A DNA stretch of 64,000 nucleotides, from assembly GCA_008690995.1 (NCBI GenBank), contig VRMN01000001.1, positions 1,054,001 to 1,118,000 on the forward strand, given 5' to 3'. The DNA is from Porphyridium purpureum (taxonomy: Eukaryota). Numbering within the stretch: position 1 is the stretch's first letter; the number at the start of each line of letters is the position of its first letter. Position numbers and translations under genes: made by a program. Below are positions 20,066 to 31,429 of the stretch, one piece after another. Below the pieces are notes generated by a model. The model was not told the origin of the DNA. It did not search any database and saw only the letters and a list, made by a program, of their open reading frames with translations.

Positions 20066-22462
20066 ATGGATTGCCCGGGCGCCGGTGACGACGACGAAAT
20101 GGCGCTCGACGCCGCAGCAATACCGGGAAAGATGGTACAGAAACTGCGGCTTGACGTGCCAGATCATTTAGGCAGATACGCACGCCCGCCCGTCGAACCT
20201 TCGTGCTCAACCGCCTTCGATGATGCGGCGCCCCAACAACAATCGACCTCTGGTGGCCCCGCCGGGCCCCTCAATCAGCAGGTTGATCCGCAAGCGCCGC
20301 TGTTTTGTTCGTCGCCTCTCTGGCGACCCGTCACAGAGCTAGTGGACGCTGCCGTGGCTGCTCTCGAGAGCCGCGAGATCATCTGCGCACCCACGTTCTC
20401 ATTTCAGGATGCCATGAATGCGATTGTGCTCAACAATCCGGCCATGGATTCTGGCTTTGCTGACTTGCCCCGCAGGGATGTGGCTGTTGAACTGGAAAAA
20501 CATGTGGCGCGTCTTGAGCGAGGCGAGTATGCAGATGTGATGATGGGGATTTTGCGTGCCTTGATGACATGGCTCGAGAGTCACACTTTACCCCAGACGC
20601 TGTTTTCGTGTCTCTTTCTATACAACTATGAAACCCTGCGTCAGGAGCATCCCACTCTGTATTTATATTGTCGACTGGTTTGCTCAAATGCCGGTCTGTT
20701 TCGTGAGCTCATCGATCACCAACGAGTTGCGAACGAAGAGGATTTTGATCCATGGACCTTTGGCTTTGAATCTCAAATGGCTGTCGAGCCGCATGAGACT
20801 TTAGAGAGGCTTCACAAAGACGCAACGCTCTTCGGCGCGGATTCGATCATTTCCGCATTTGTTGATGTGCAGTTCACCATACACAACGCATTGCATATTT
20901 TGCGCAGCGGGCCTGTGGATGACTTCTACGAGGACCCGATTGAGACTCGAATAGTTACAAGCATGCAGGCATGTGTGGCCGCCATCGATCATTTGACATC
21001 TCTGAATTTGAAGCGTAGCATGCGGATGGAGGATCTTGCCCGTGTACCTGGCTTTGATTTCACCATCAATGTGGCTTTACTTGTTGCAGCTCCGCCTCGA
21101 ACATGGGGTCTTGTAGACGAAATGCAGGCTTTAAGCGCACTCCGCAAAGTGTTTGTGGAAATGTTTGCAGTTGTTCGGCTACGAGAAGACTTTGAATCGC
21201 TCATGAGGATGAGAAGTCACACGACTAGTGATCCTTGCCATGCGCAGCCTGTGTCTGGCCCTTCGCAAACGACTTCGAGAGAATTAATCCCGCACTTTTT
21301 GCCAGGAGATTGTTACTGCTTGCTGTCCTTATTGTCGAGGACGCATACATTACACATTGTGTCGCGATCTCTTCTGCGTTTGCTGCTGTCCAGTTCCAGG
21401 CCCTTTGGGATGGAACAACTGAATTTGACAAATATCATGTGGCGCTCGGTCGATCCAAGCAGTCAGCACTCACACCATACGAGTAATCTGGTGGTGCGTT
21501 TGAGCCAGTTGGTGCCCAACTTTGTCACTCTATTTTGTAGGAATCGTGGTCGCCAACGGCGAATGATGCTCAACTTTATCGAGTCATTGGACGGCGTCGC
21601 CAATCCGCTGCGGAATCTGATCATGTCTGCATCGTTTCGGGGCCTGGGGCAGAAGCACGCGGAGCTTCTTCTGCGTGCCAAGGCGTTTGCCGATCTGTCT
21701 GTTCTAAGCGGCATCGAGTACTTTCTGTTGCTGGGCTTTGAATGCAATTTATACTCAGTTGATGAGTACCTTGCTGTTTACTTTTACTTAATGCAAGTGA
21801 AAAGCGCTAGTTTGGGCGGCGTTCTTCCGGCCCCTCCCGACCGTGAGACGATGATAGTACAGGCCGGTGATGGGAACGAAGAGAGCACTTTAGACTCGTT
21901 GAGCACACCGCCGAACAGAATACTGAACCAAGCAACCTATTACATCTGCTCTGGAATTTTTATGGTACTCATCGTGATCGAAGCAGCCGGATATATTCCA
22001 CGCAGAAGGAGTCACGTTTACGCAGACATCCAGATGTGGCACGAAATGCGCTTTGCGCCCGTTGTAGATCGGAAGGGCTCACCTGTTCCCTTTGTGAACA
22101 GCCAGGAACTTGAGCAGATCAAATCGCAATACTTGAATGAGCTCACTGGCAGCAAAAGTAATAAGTCTCTCCAAGAGCCGACTGGCACGCTTGTAAATGG
22201 TATATATCGCGGGATCCGGGCATTTGAAAAGGCCCAAGCGATACTGGATGAGCTTTTGGGCACCGCTTTATGTGAACCAGGCCTACTTTTGCATGATGAA
22301 CTTAAGCGGCTTCTTACTTGGTGTGCTTGCGCGATTCACGAGAGCCACGTTCTTATCGAGAAATGCGGCGGTGCAAATCCCTTGCTATCTGTGCAAGTGC
22401 TTTTGGCACCTGAGCTACATCCTCACTTTGTATCCTTCCGCGCGACATGCCCTAAGCCATGA
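20066..22462 (+). CDS. NAA35: NatC auxiliary subunit (MAK10)
   Basis: FSFQDAMNAI..NPAMDSG, TWLESHTLPQTLFSCLF, EEDF, NRGRQRR, LGFECNLYS..EY. Confidence 0.9.
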   Translation: MDCPGAGDDDEMALDAAAIPGKMVQKLRLDVPDHLGRYARPPVEPSCSTAFDDAAPQQQSTSGGPAGPLNQQVDPQAPLFCSSPLWRPVTELVDAAVAALESREIICAPTFSFQDAMNAIVLNNPAMDSGFADLPRRDVAVELEKHVARLERGEYADVMMGILRALMTWLESHTLPQTLFSCLFLYNYETLRQEHPTLYLYCRLVCSNAGLFRELIDHQRVANEEDFDPWTFGFESQMAVEPHETLERLHKDATLFGADSIISAFVDVQFTIHNALHILRSGPVDDFYEDPIETRIVTSMQACVAAIDHLTSLNLKRSMRMEDLARVPGFDFTINVALLVAAPPRTWGLVDEMQALSALRKVFVEMFAVVRLREDFESLMRMRSHTTSDPCHAQPVSGPSQTTSRELIPHFLPGDCYCLLSLLSRTHTLHIVSRSLLRLLLSSSRPFGMEQLNLTNIMWRSVDPSSQHSHHTSNLVVRLSQLVPNFVTLFCRNRGRQRRMMLNFIESLDGVANPLRNLIMSASFRGLGQKHAELLLRAKAFADLSVLSGIEYFLLLGFECNLYSVDEYLAVYFYLMQVKSASLGGVLPAPPDRETMIVQAGDGNEESTLDSLSTPPNRILNQATYYICSGIFMVLIVIEAAGYIPRRRSHVYADIQMWHEMRFAPVVDRKGSPVPFVNSQELEQIKSQYLNELTGSKSNKSLQEPTGTLVNGIYRGIRAFEKAQAILDELLGTALCEPGLLLHDELKRLLTWCACAIHESHVLIEKCGGANPLLSVQVLLAPELHPHFVSFRATCPKP

Positions 22463-22481
22463 AGTAAGCCATTGCTAGCAA

Positions 22482-23873
22482 TCAATAGAGGGTCGGCGTC
22501 TTCAAAGCAAACTCTGAGATAATCGTCTTGGCGGCCTCCAGTTCCTTTTCCTTGTATAAACTGTCAATACTCACGATGACCGCCTGATACCTAGGCTCGC
22601 AAAGCTCTTCAGAGGAGCCGTCTCGTCTCAGACATGCCATACCCCGACGACCTCCGAGCCCTGTAATCGCAGCGCTAGATGTGTCCAGCAGCAGGAGCTT
22701 AATTTCCCCGTCGGCATACTTCTCAGCTCCGATGATACTGCGCGAGTGACCTTCATGCTGCAGAAGAATTGGAGGAATTACTTTCGGTCGCTTGAGTGAT
22801 AGATTCGTCGTCCCTCGACACGCTGGGCAACCGGCACTGGCCAGTAATTTACCGAGGCCTCCTGGCTTACACCGATTTTCAAAGTAACTGAAGACCCATT
22901 CCAAGAACTTCTTCTTGGCCGTTATGCTGTCGCCTATTTCAAAGTCGAGGACACAGGCGCGCAATCCCAGCGACCGAAGCAGAGCAGCGGCGTCTAGCGC
23001 TCCAATCCATTTGTTCTGACCAAAAAGAGAGCCTAGCTGCTCGAAGCCTTCGGAGTCAAAACCTAATTTCCACGCATTCTCAATTCTCGCCTGCAGCTCC
23101 GGCACAGTTGGTACTTCTTGCAGTGCGTGCTTAGACTTGAGATGTTGGCAGATCACTTTGTCGCGCAGCAATGCACTGAGCAGCGTTTGCACATTCTTGT
23201 ACCCGCAGTCCCAGCCATGACCGTAAATGTTTGTTTGAAAGTGGTCCAGCTCTGATGTCACGTGGATGGCCTTTCTCTGCTTGATGCGCGAATGGTCAAC
23301 CACCGCTTTCGTTTTGACTACCGGTGATGGAGACGAGGATTCCCCGCCAGCATCTTTTGCCACGACCTGATTCGATACCGTAGCTGAGCTCTGCACGTAA
23401 TTTAATGCAACCGCTCGCTCCTTTTGAAGCGCATCGAGTACACTCTTCATGAGCTCAGCGCGAAGCTTTTCCACAGCGTCTTGCTCCATGACATTTTCCG
23501 TGGGTCGATTCTCCGTCGCTTGCAGATTTCTTGCCAGCTGCTCGTCTAGTTCTACTTGCGACAGTCGTCGAGTGCCTGTGTAATCTGGCGGCGACGCGGC
23601 AACGGGCGCCTCTATCTGTGTCTCCCCTCCATTCAAAGCGCCATCCGCACAATCAGCGTAGCCAGTTCTGACACCGTGAAGAGACGCACTCGTGCCCGCG
23701 GGCCGTGGCGCCTTGTGGACACCATTCGGGGCCGCATTGATCTGAAGGCTGAGCGTTGCCGCGGCCATCTCGGACAATTCGTTCTCGTGCTCATCCAGAT
23801 GTTTTTCTACGTGTCTGTGGAAGGCAAGCTCGTCCATCGCCGCATTGCGCAGCGAACAAAACGGGCAGTCCAT
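22482..23873 (-). CDS. ZUP1: ZUFSP/ZUP1/Mug105-family deubiquitinase (peptidase C78) with UBZ finger and UIM/MIU-like helix
   Basis: GWDCGYKNVQ (catalytic Cys), QHEGHSRSIIG (His), LLLD (Asp), KWIG; N-terminal CPFC...HVEKH; DEQLARNLQ. Confidence 0.9.
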   Translation of the reverse strand: MDCPFCSLRNAAMDELAFHRHVEKHLDEHENELSEMAAATLSLQINAAPNGVHKAPRPAGTSASLHGVRTGYADCADGALNGGETQIEAPVAASPPDYTGTRRLSQVELDEQLARNLQATENRPTENVMEQDAVEKLRAELMKSVLDALQKERAVALNYVQSSATVSNQVVAKDAGGESSSPSPVVKTKAVVDHSRIKQRKAIHVTSELDHFQTNIYGHGWDCGYKNVQTLLSALLRDKVICQHLKSKHALQEVPTVPELQARIENAWKLGFDSEGFEQLGSLFGQNKWIGALDAAALLRSLGLRACVLDFEIGDSITAKKKFLEWVFSYFENRCKPGGLGKLLASAGCPACRGTTNLSLKRPKVIPPILLQHEGHSRSIIGAEKYADGEIKLLLLDTSSAAITGLGGRRGMACLRRDGSSEELCEPRYQAVIVSIDSLYKEKELEAAKTIISEFALKTPTLY

Positions 23874-24276
23874 GATGCTACTCGAGGTGCATGGAGTGTG
23901 TCGACTTGCTCACCTGTTGCATCACGCGCTCACCAGCCCACCCGAGCTGTCTTGTCGCGAAGCGCGGCGCCTAGTTGGGTTCTATCCCTGACACTGACTG
24001 TACTCAATTGACGATGACTTGCGGTGATAATCATAAAATGACCCCTTTTCGCTATGCGTGATGAGCACAAACCGTTTTGTCATCGTTCAGGTCGTTGTAC
24101 AAAACGCACGTGATTTTGGTACGGCAAAATTGTGTGTGGGACAAGTACATTTTGATAGACATGTTTTCATATCACATCTGGTTCGCTTTACATCCTTCTG
24201 TTAACGGTTCATCCGGTCGTCACCAGCCCGTCGTTACCGGGCCGTCGTCAGATGGCTGGACACGAGCTTGTGTCGC

Positions 24277-24311
24277 CGGGTTTCATGCGGGTTTCATGCG
24301 GGTTTCATGCG
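24277..24311. repeat. 11-bp tandem repeat (CGGGTTTCATG)x3
   Basis: Three exact copies read directly from the sequence. Confidence 0.9.
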
Positions 24312-24880
24312 CCTGCTTCTGTCGGAGCGAGACCTTGCCCTGCGATCTCCTAACCCGCCATTGAAGAGTTTTGCAGCGCGAACGCGGACGCTTTCTTCAC
24401 GCCGCACATGCCACTCAGAAGTTGCCGTTGCTGTAAATGTGCCTCTGCTGGACGCCCGTCGTCGCGCGTGCCGTAAACATCAAGCGGCTGCCGTCTTTCC
24501 TCCACTGCATCCTGTGAGGCGAATTCTAAACCGCTGACGAAGAACTTCAACTCGGGGCATGTTTGGGACGCGGCCTTGCTCGGCCATCTGGTCGTTTGCA
24601 TGTTCCGTTGTTCTCTTCTCAGCTCAAAGTGTGCTTCAGCCGTTTTGAACCGATACCACGTCACTGTACTCCGCGTCCACAAAGACACCATTACAATAAA
24701 AACACACCCATTCTAGGTGTAACGTGCTCATCTCAAAAAGTGGGGTTCCGTCATCCTTCCCTGGAATCAGCTGAGTCGAAACCGAGTTGTGATCGGACTG
24801 GAAAGCCGCGTCGGTGGTCTCGCGTCGGTTATTGAAGCTGGTCAGGCGGTAGGAGCCTCACTTTGTACCTGTTGAATACG

Positions 24881-25348
24881 ATGACGGTGTATTGTCTGTA
24901 CATTTTCAATCGCTACGGAGAGTGTCTTCTGTACCGCGTGTACAAGCGGACTTACGCACCGCGCGATCCAGGCGACGAGCAGAAGAATATGTACGGCATG
25001 CTGTTCGCCATGCGCAATTTTTGCCAGAAGATGTCACCGGCACAGGCAGCGGAGAGCGACGGCAAGGGCCTGACGCAGAGGGAGGTACAAGCACATTTGC
25101 AGTACTACGTGGCAGGAAACTACGCTCTGCATTACTTTGAGACACCCACGGGGCTGAGGTTTATCATGACCACGGGCACTCAGTTCACCGGCTTTGATGT
25201 CAACCAGTGCCTACGCAGGATTCACGCGCGTCTATATGTCGAGTATGTCGTCAGTAACGCTCTTTACACCCCTGGGGAACCCATCCAAAGCGCCTTGTTT
25301 CTGGAAAAGCTCGACGCATACGTCAAAGCGCTGCCGATTTACGAGTAG
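24881..25348 (+). CDS. TRAPPC1: TRAPP complex subunit 1 (Bet5, sybindin family)
   Basis: MTVYCLYIFNRYGECLLY, MYGMLFAMR, YALHYFETPTGLRFIMTT, LYVEYVVSN. Confidence 0.92.
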   Translation: MTVYCLYIFNRYGECLLYRVYKRTYAPRDPGDEQKNMYGMLFAMRNFCQKMSPAQAAESDGKGLTQREVQAHLQYYVAGNYALHYFETPTGLRFIMTTGTQFTGFDVNQCLRRIHARLYVEYVVSNALYTPGEPIQSALFLEKLDAYVKALPIYE

Positions 25349-25663
25349 CTGGGACGCGCCCAGGGGGATCGCAAGCGCTCTTAAACCCTCCTTCAGATCG
25401 TGCACCTCGCGAAGCACTGGGATCCGGCTTTTCTTTAAGCGCGCGATTTTGCTGTTTTCCAATCTCTGCGGTGCGAGAGAGAAGGCGAGCTTGGTTCGCT
25501 CTGCAGGACCAGCCAGAAACGTTTCGCCCGGCTTCATCACAAAAAGACCAAGAGGGGATGTGATCGTGGGATGGCCGTTTTGCCCTAGCGTTTACCATAT
25601 ATATGTACAAAACAGGTTCACTTGTGTATGCACATACGAGCTCGTGACCAAACACTTCCTTGC

Positions 25664-27100
25664 CTACTTTTCCGCTTTCACAGGAGAGTCGACCACCTCG
25701 TTCGAAGCTGGAGCGTCTGGGACATCAGCGCAGGACGCTTGGCGCTTTGCCTTGCGCTTCTCATTTGTTCTCTTGTACACCTCACATTGTGCCTTTGGTG
25801 GGCACTCATTTAGGCAATGACAGCACTGCCACACATCCCGCTCAGCGTCCGTGGTCGGCATTTTCCAATTGAATCGGGTAAAACACCGCACGCACACGCT
25901 TTTCCGGCACGAGCGTTTCTTGATGTTGCTGCATACTAGCATCGCAATGCATCGATTTGATCGCCAGCACGCGTGGCAAAAGTTGCTTGGAAGCTCTGAT
26001 GCAATCTTCTTCCCGCTTGCAGCAAGATCTGCAGATTCAACCCGCTTCAGGAAGCCACTCGGGATCGCATTCGGGCTTAAAGCTGAGCCCAGAGACGCAC
26101 CACTGTTTGCTGACGATTTGCGTGAGACCCTTTCAATCTGTGTGGCGAACTTCTGCGCGGCGTCGACTTCGATCGCTGGAACTGCCTTCTTAGATCTCGA
26201 CGGGATTAAACGTTCCTGCTCCGAGTGGAGCGGAAAGGGTCCGCGCGTTGGTCCGTCTGCCCCGTAGTGCACAACAAATCCCGGCGGTGCGGACTGCTCG
26301 ATCGATCCGAACTTGCGCTTTCTAGCGCTCAAGGACACATCGAAACCATCCTCAGCGGGTCCGGTCCTGTTCGTGTACCAGTAATTGGGCCCCGCTTGCT
26401 GTGACTGAGAAGGAAATGGTGCGGGAACGACCCGACCATGCACCCTGTCAAATGTGCCTGGCATAGGGATGCGGTCCATCTGCGGACCGCTCCACGTCCG
26501 CGAGCCTGAGAATATTCCCGCGCGCGATGGGGTTTCGGTGATCGTGCTCATTCTGCGGTAACCGCCCATCATGCCTTCAAAAGGAGTCGAAGCGCGCGCA
26601 AACGTCTCAGCGCCGCTCGTTAGCGCATGTATCCCTGGAAGTGGTGCCGCCGCTTGCGATTCTTGCTGGTCATGGCGAATCGCCCGAGTTTCACGGATTG
26701 GGCCTCCTGCTCCTCCTTGTCGTGCTGACGCCTGGTAGGAATCGCCACGCTCCCACATTCCCATTGCACCGCCGCTGCATGGCGCCCTCCTCATATCCGC
26801 AACATGTACCTCTTTGAACGTCGTGGTCGCCGCGCTCTTGTCCGGCAAAGCCCCTGTGCCAAATTGCGGGTCTATTCCCTCCACCAGTGCGGGGATTCTG
26901 GGCGGCAAAAGCGACGGGTCCACGTGGAGGTTGTGTTGCGCCATGGCGGGCCCCAAGGGCATCGCTCTACTTCCACTTTGCTCGTTCCCGTCGCACGCGC
27001 GCTGCGACGACGCGCCCATGCCGCGCACCATCCCCGCCTGCGGAATAGTCGCTTGCCTGTCCTCAAGCCCGGCAAACCTAGTCTGCATGGCCGTGTCCAT
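25664..27100 (-). CDS. Protein with C-terminal Cys-rich zinc finger (zf-4CXXC_R1-like) and long disordered N-terminus
   Basis: FCHAC...VCSN...CRKSVCVRC...WQCCHC..ECPPKAQC followed by a basic NLS-like tail. First ATG at 27100. Confidence 0.7.
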   Translation of the reverse strand: MDTAMQTRFAGLEDRQATIPQAGMVRGMGASSQRACDGNEQSGSRAMPLGPAMAQHNLHVDPSLLPPRIPALVEGIDPQFGTGALPDKSAATTTFKEVHVADMRRAPCSGGAMGMWERGDSYQASARQGGAGGPIRETRAIRHDQQESQAAAPLPGIHALTSGAETFARASTPFEGMMGGYRRMSTITETPSRAGIFSGSRTWSGPQMDRIPMPGTFDRVHGRVVPAPFPSQSQQAGPNYWYTNRTGPAEDGFDVSLSARKRKFGSIEQSAPPGFVVHYGADGPTRGPFPLHSEQERLIPSRSKKAVPAIEVDAAQKFATQIERVSRKSSANSGASLGSALSPNAIPSGFLKRVESADLAASGKKIASELPSNFCHACWRSNRCIAMLVCSNIKKRSCRKSVCVRCFTRFNWKMPTTDAERDVWQCCHCLNECPPKAQCEVYKRTNEKRKAKRQASCADVPDAPASNEVVDSPVKAEK

Positions 27101-29278
27101 AGCGCAAACCCACAGTTTCTCAACTAGGGGAGCGCTTGGTTGCCTCGTGCCCGAACCCGAACGATGCCTAGCAATTCGTCTCTCACCGATATGTGACGCG
27201 ACGCGCCAGTTGCTCTTATACTTCGCTTGAGGTGAAGTGTGGAACTTACGGTTCTGGCTCACACATGCTTTAAATCACAGGTATCGCATGTCGTTCCCCA
27301 CGCGCGTGCCGTTGTGGTGATGCTGTTTGTGAGCACAAAACGAGACCCACGTGTAGCGTGCCCCTCCTTCCCACGCAAACGATTTCTTCTCCGGTGCGAG
27401 CAAGCACGCAGGCAACATCCCCAATTCTGGCGTTGTTTCGTATGCACTCATGTTCGTTCGCTTGTCTCATGTTTGCGGAGTACCTGCTTCATCTTCTTTG
27501 GCCACTCCGAGTTGGGATGACTCACAGCCCAAATGGCTTTGGTGGATTCATATCAAGTCGGTGGTGAAATCAAGCCAGGGTCATTCCGAACAGGTATTTT
27601 ATAAATCAATGTGTGATCCCAGCTCTATATAGACCGCATGGGTTTAATTTTTCTCCGTCGTCAGATGTTGGCGCGTTGGTGAACGCACTGGCCAAAAGCC
27701 CTGACTCATGGAATGCGAACGTCCACAAAAGCTTTTTCAAAAAAAATACTCACAAATTCTAACGCCATTCATCGTCTCCCCGGCCCCGGTGCATCGCATC
27801 CACTTGGTGGTGCGCTGTGCTTGATCCACGCTCGACAGGTTTCACGGCTGACGTGGCCCATTTCAATGGGTCGGGGTCAGGGTCATCGACCGGCTGATGT
27901 TCAATTAATTTTTTTTCACCCTTTGTTGAATCCGCCAACTGCGGAGAGTTTTTGTAGTACGCGCGCAGCTTCATCATGGCGTGCGGTTTTGCTTGATCGG
28001 CTCATCTCGTTCGTTTGTGCACGAAATCCCCGGTGGGTGCAAACGTGCCAAATCGCAAATCGAGCAATTCGCACAATTCGCAGTCTCCGCGCTTGGTACA
28101 AGTGGTCTTCGCCACCACGGATTCAAAATTGTGGATGCACGTCGCGTGTCATTCCCCCGCGTCCGCCCACTGCGTCGTGCGGTGCGGCTGCGGCCTGGCT
28201 CATCGGCTGCCGTCAACGAAGCCTGCGTCCTGGTCGAACGACGCCGTGCGTTACACGTCTTCCCTCGACTTGCAATGTCCCGCAGACGAGGCTGTCCGTC
28301 CACATCGGTTTGTGATGTGATGGTTTGACTATGCCGCGGCTGACAGCATGCCAACAACCAAGCCGACAGGGTGGAGAATCGATCGAAGAAGAGACGGAGC
28401 CTGGCGCTGGATCGCGGCGATCTCTCATCGACTAGGCAAGTGCCCGGGGAAACGCGGGGCGCCGTCGCAGTCCAGCGAGAGAGCTGGTATCCATCATGGC
28501 ATACGAGACGGAAGAAGCCGGCGAACCGGCAGTCGAAGGGCTCAGGAACATCGGATGACGTGATCCCTGCATTGCAAAGGCTAGCGCAGGTAACCATCAA
28601 GATGCCGCAAATCGCAAATGAGATGTACAGAGGGAAACCAAGCGGGAGCATACGGGACCACGCACCCGCGTCGCGCGACGGCACTGCCGGCGCTGTGGTG
28701 GTCTGTTCTTTCACGCTTCCAATGAGGGAGCACGTCAACGACGACGAAGAGCGACGAGCAGCAAACCTGGAGGTCAAGAATGTCTGCTGTGCACGCGCCA
28801 AGTCGTGCCCAGAAAACGAGGCTCGCTTCCAACCCTGCCGTGCGAGCGGCACGCACCCCATCCCTGTAGCAGGGCCTGCAGCACGGGTTACTATAAAATC
28901 TGACTGGAATCGAACGACTGGCTGCCATGCGCGTTTGCCTCAACTTGGGCGCACGGCTCGTTGGCGCTGTACCCTTGTCTATTATTAGACCAGCGTGATT
29001 TGCTAGACAGATCATGATCGCATGGGTCTGGATTTGGGCGAAGAGTGTAACGGTGAGGAATAGATGAGAAGGGTAGAGATACTGAACAGGTTGATGTGGG
29101 AGAGGTATAGGGGATTGGGGGATGGGATGATGGTAGAGGTTTAAAGAGGCAAGGAAGGAAGGTCGGGAGGGAGAGAGGGAAGTGAGGACGGAGCGTGGGC
29201 TCGGAGGTTTCAGGGGAGAAGTGGTGGTGCCGAAGGGTTTGAGGCAACGAGCGTCGTGTTTGCGTCGCGCTTGTCGCC

Positions 29279-31429
29279 ATGAACGAATCCATGGACGAAT
29301 TTCTGAACCAAGAGTCCGGCGCAGTAAGCCGCGTGGAGACGTTGCCGAAAGAGGGCTCCGGTGGCGCTGCGGTGGCCACAGCCGGCGATTCTGCGGACGC
29401 CAAAATGGTGGTCGCTGCGGGAGAGAAGCCCCCGTCGAATATTGTTGCAAAGTACCCATCTGCCCCGGACGGCCCGGCGGACCCCCCAACCCCAGAGCTT
29501 GCGGCAGGCGCTGCGGTTGTCCAGTTTGAGAGTGCGGATGGCGCAAAGCCAGGGGACGGACGCACGGATAGCAGTTTGAAGGGTCAGGGGCGCACCAAAT
29601 CGAAGCTCAAGATGAAGTTACCCCGAACAAGCAGCATGAGCGAACGTCAGGACAGCATGAGCAAGCCCGGCAGCAAGTGGAACATCTTGATGACTCGCAG
29701 CGAGACGATGAATGAGCTTGAGGGAAATCGTTCCAGAAGCTCTGGAAGCACGGGAAGGCGAACTGCATCATCCCGCAGTGTGTCGTCAAGAAAGAAAATG
29801 CCACGAAACCCGCGTAGCATCATCGAAATGCGAAGGGAGCCCGCGCTCCACTTTGCTCCCTACGGTACGTTCTGGTTTGTGGACCCATTGGCCTTGGGCC
29901 ATAACGCAGTGCGTCGCGAATTGCTCGACTGCTACATCATTCTCTACTGCATGGATGTGCGCCGCCTTGAGCTCTCGTCACGTGATATTGACATGTTCTT
30001 CGTCTGGTGGAGCGTCTTTGAGAGCTTTTTCAAGACGTATCTTGACGCAGAAGAAATGGTGCTATTTCCGTGGGTGGAATCTGCGATTGAGCTGACTGGT
30101 TTACTGGAGCGCACGCGCCGCACGCAGATCGTCAACCACTTGAAGACGATCTTGGATCTGATGAGCAAGGCCAAACCCAAGCTGGTTGAAATGGTCGAAG
30201 AGGGCGAGCCCGTTTTTCTGATGAAACGAGCAGTGGACAAGATATCGCTCTTGACACAAGAGTACTTCGTCGCACAGGAGCGCGTGATTCCGCGCCTTAT
30301 TCAGAAGGCTTTCAAGCCAGCTGACAAACGCGCTTACGATAAGCGTTTCATGAATTTTCTGTTCAAGAGCCAACAGGCTGCATACAATGTTGTGCTTGTA
30401 TCCAGATGGCTGCAGCCGGATGTGAAAGACCCGAAGAAGCTTTTAGAATGGAGGTATGACAATCTCGGAAAAGTTAACTGGGCCCGTTACTCGGTGTGGT
30501 ACAAGCAGCTTGAGGCTAAGCACATCAAAATTCTGGCCGACTTTAGGGCAAAGCGCAACGGATATCTGGAGGAGGAAAAGCAGAAAAAGATCCTGTACAA
30601 GACAGACCCGCAGGCGTTTCTGAAGAAGTACGGAACCCTCGAGGACCCGAGCCAGACCGTGTCTGAAACTTCGTCCTATATTGACCTGAGTTCTCAGTCC
30701 GCGAAATCACCGCGCCAAGAAACGACCGAAGAGGACGCTATCGTTGACGAGGCTGCGGCGACCGCTGCCGCCGCTGCCACAGCGGAAGAAGGGGAGAAGA
30801 AGGACGAGGAAGCTGAGCAAGCGGAGAAAGCGGAGGCTGGTGCAGGCGAGAATGCCCCCGAAGCTAGCGGCGAGGGCGAAGTGGATGAATCCGCTGAGAA
30901 AAAAGAAGAGGAGACCGCCTCTGCAGTCGACCGCACCGCTTCGACAGAAGACAAACTGGATGATTCTCGTGTGGGGCCCGAAGTCGACATGAAATTGGCA
31001 GAGTACGAGCGGCGAATGAGTGCAGGTCTAGAAATGGATTATGATTTGCTGTCTCTCAAGACAGACGAGTATGCGGACTCGGTCGTGTTGGATGACCAGC
31101 TTTCCCTCCAGGAAGGCGGCGCTTCAGATAAGAATCTTATGAATGGCGTCCACGGTAGCCCAGGGCCGTCGAAGCCGGCGACCATGGTCAAGACAGGCTC
31201 CTTCGGGCTCCCGCTTGAGCTGGCTAAGGTTCTTGGTACCTCTCAGAAGAACCAGGCCTACGACTTGGAAGACTTTCTGGACTTTGACGATACCTTGTCA
31301 ATATCCGGTCGCGAAGGTAAGGGTGACGCACGTCGCACGAGCGAATCGTCTTATGGGATGACAGGTACGCGTCGGGACTCGAATGAAAGTGGTAGTACGG
31401 AGATTTCGGACTTTTCGGAGTATTGGTGA
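29279..31429 (+). CDS. Hemerythrin-like helical-bundle protein with acidic disordered tails
   Basis: LALGHNAVRRELLD ... YLDAEEMVLFPW ... YFVAQERVIP pattern; 716-aa ORF with coding-like composition. Confidence 0.65.
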   Translation: MNESMDEFLNQESGAVSRVETLPKEGSGGAAVATAGDSADAKMVVAAGEKPPSNIVAKYPSAPDGPADPPTPELAAGAAVVQFESADGAKPGDGRTDSSLKGQGRTKSKLKMKLPRTSSMSERQDSMSKPGSKWNILMTRSETMNELEGNRSRSSGSTGRRTASSRSVSSRKKMPRNPRSIIEMRREPALHFAPYGTFWFVDPLALGHNAVRRELLDCYIILYCMDVRRLELSSRDIDMFFVWWSVFESFFKTYLDAEEMVLFPWVESAIELTGLLERTRRTQIVNHLKTILDLMSKAKPKLVEMVEEGEPVFLMKRAVDKISLLTQEYFVAQERVIPRLIQKAFKPADKRAYDKRFMNFLFKSQQAAYNVVLVSRWLQPDVKDPKKLLEWRYDNLGKVNWARYSVWYKQLEAKHIKILADFRAKRNGYLEEEKQKKILYKTDPQAFLKKYGTLEDPSQTVSETSSYIDLSSQSAKSPRQETTEEDAIVDEAAATAAAAATAEEGEKKDEEAEQAEKAEAGAGENAPEASGEGEVDESAEKKEEETASAVDRTASTEDKLDDSRVGPEVDMKLAEYERRMSAGLEMDYDLLSLKTDEYADSVVLDDQLSLQEGGASDKNLMNGVHGSPGPSKPATMVKTGSFGLPLELAKVLGTSQKNQAYDLEDFLDFDDTLSISGREGKGDARRTSESSYGMTGTRRDSNESGSTEISDFSEYW

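Noticed and set aside
24277..24311. 11-mer tandem repeat as CRISPR or telomeric array
   Set aside because: No spacers, only three copies, and no telomere unit I recognise
27124..27249. Possible minus-strand intron (GTAAGT...CTAG) upstream of the zinc-finger gene
   Set aside because: No clear branch site or pyrimidine tract, and no upstream ATG exon joins in frame
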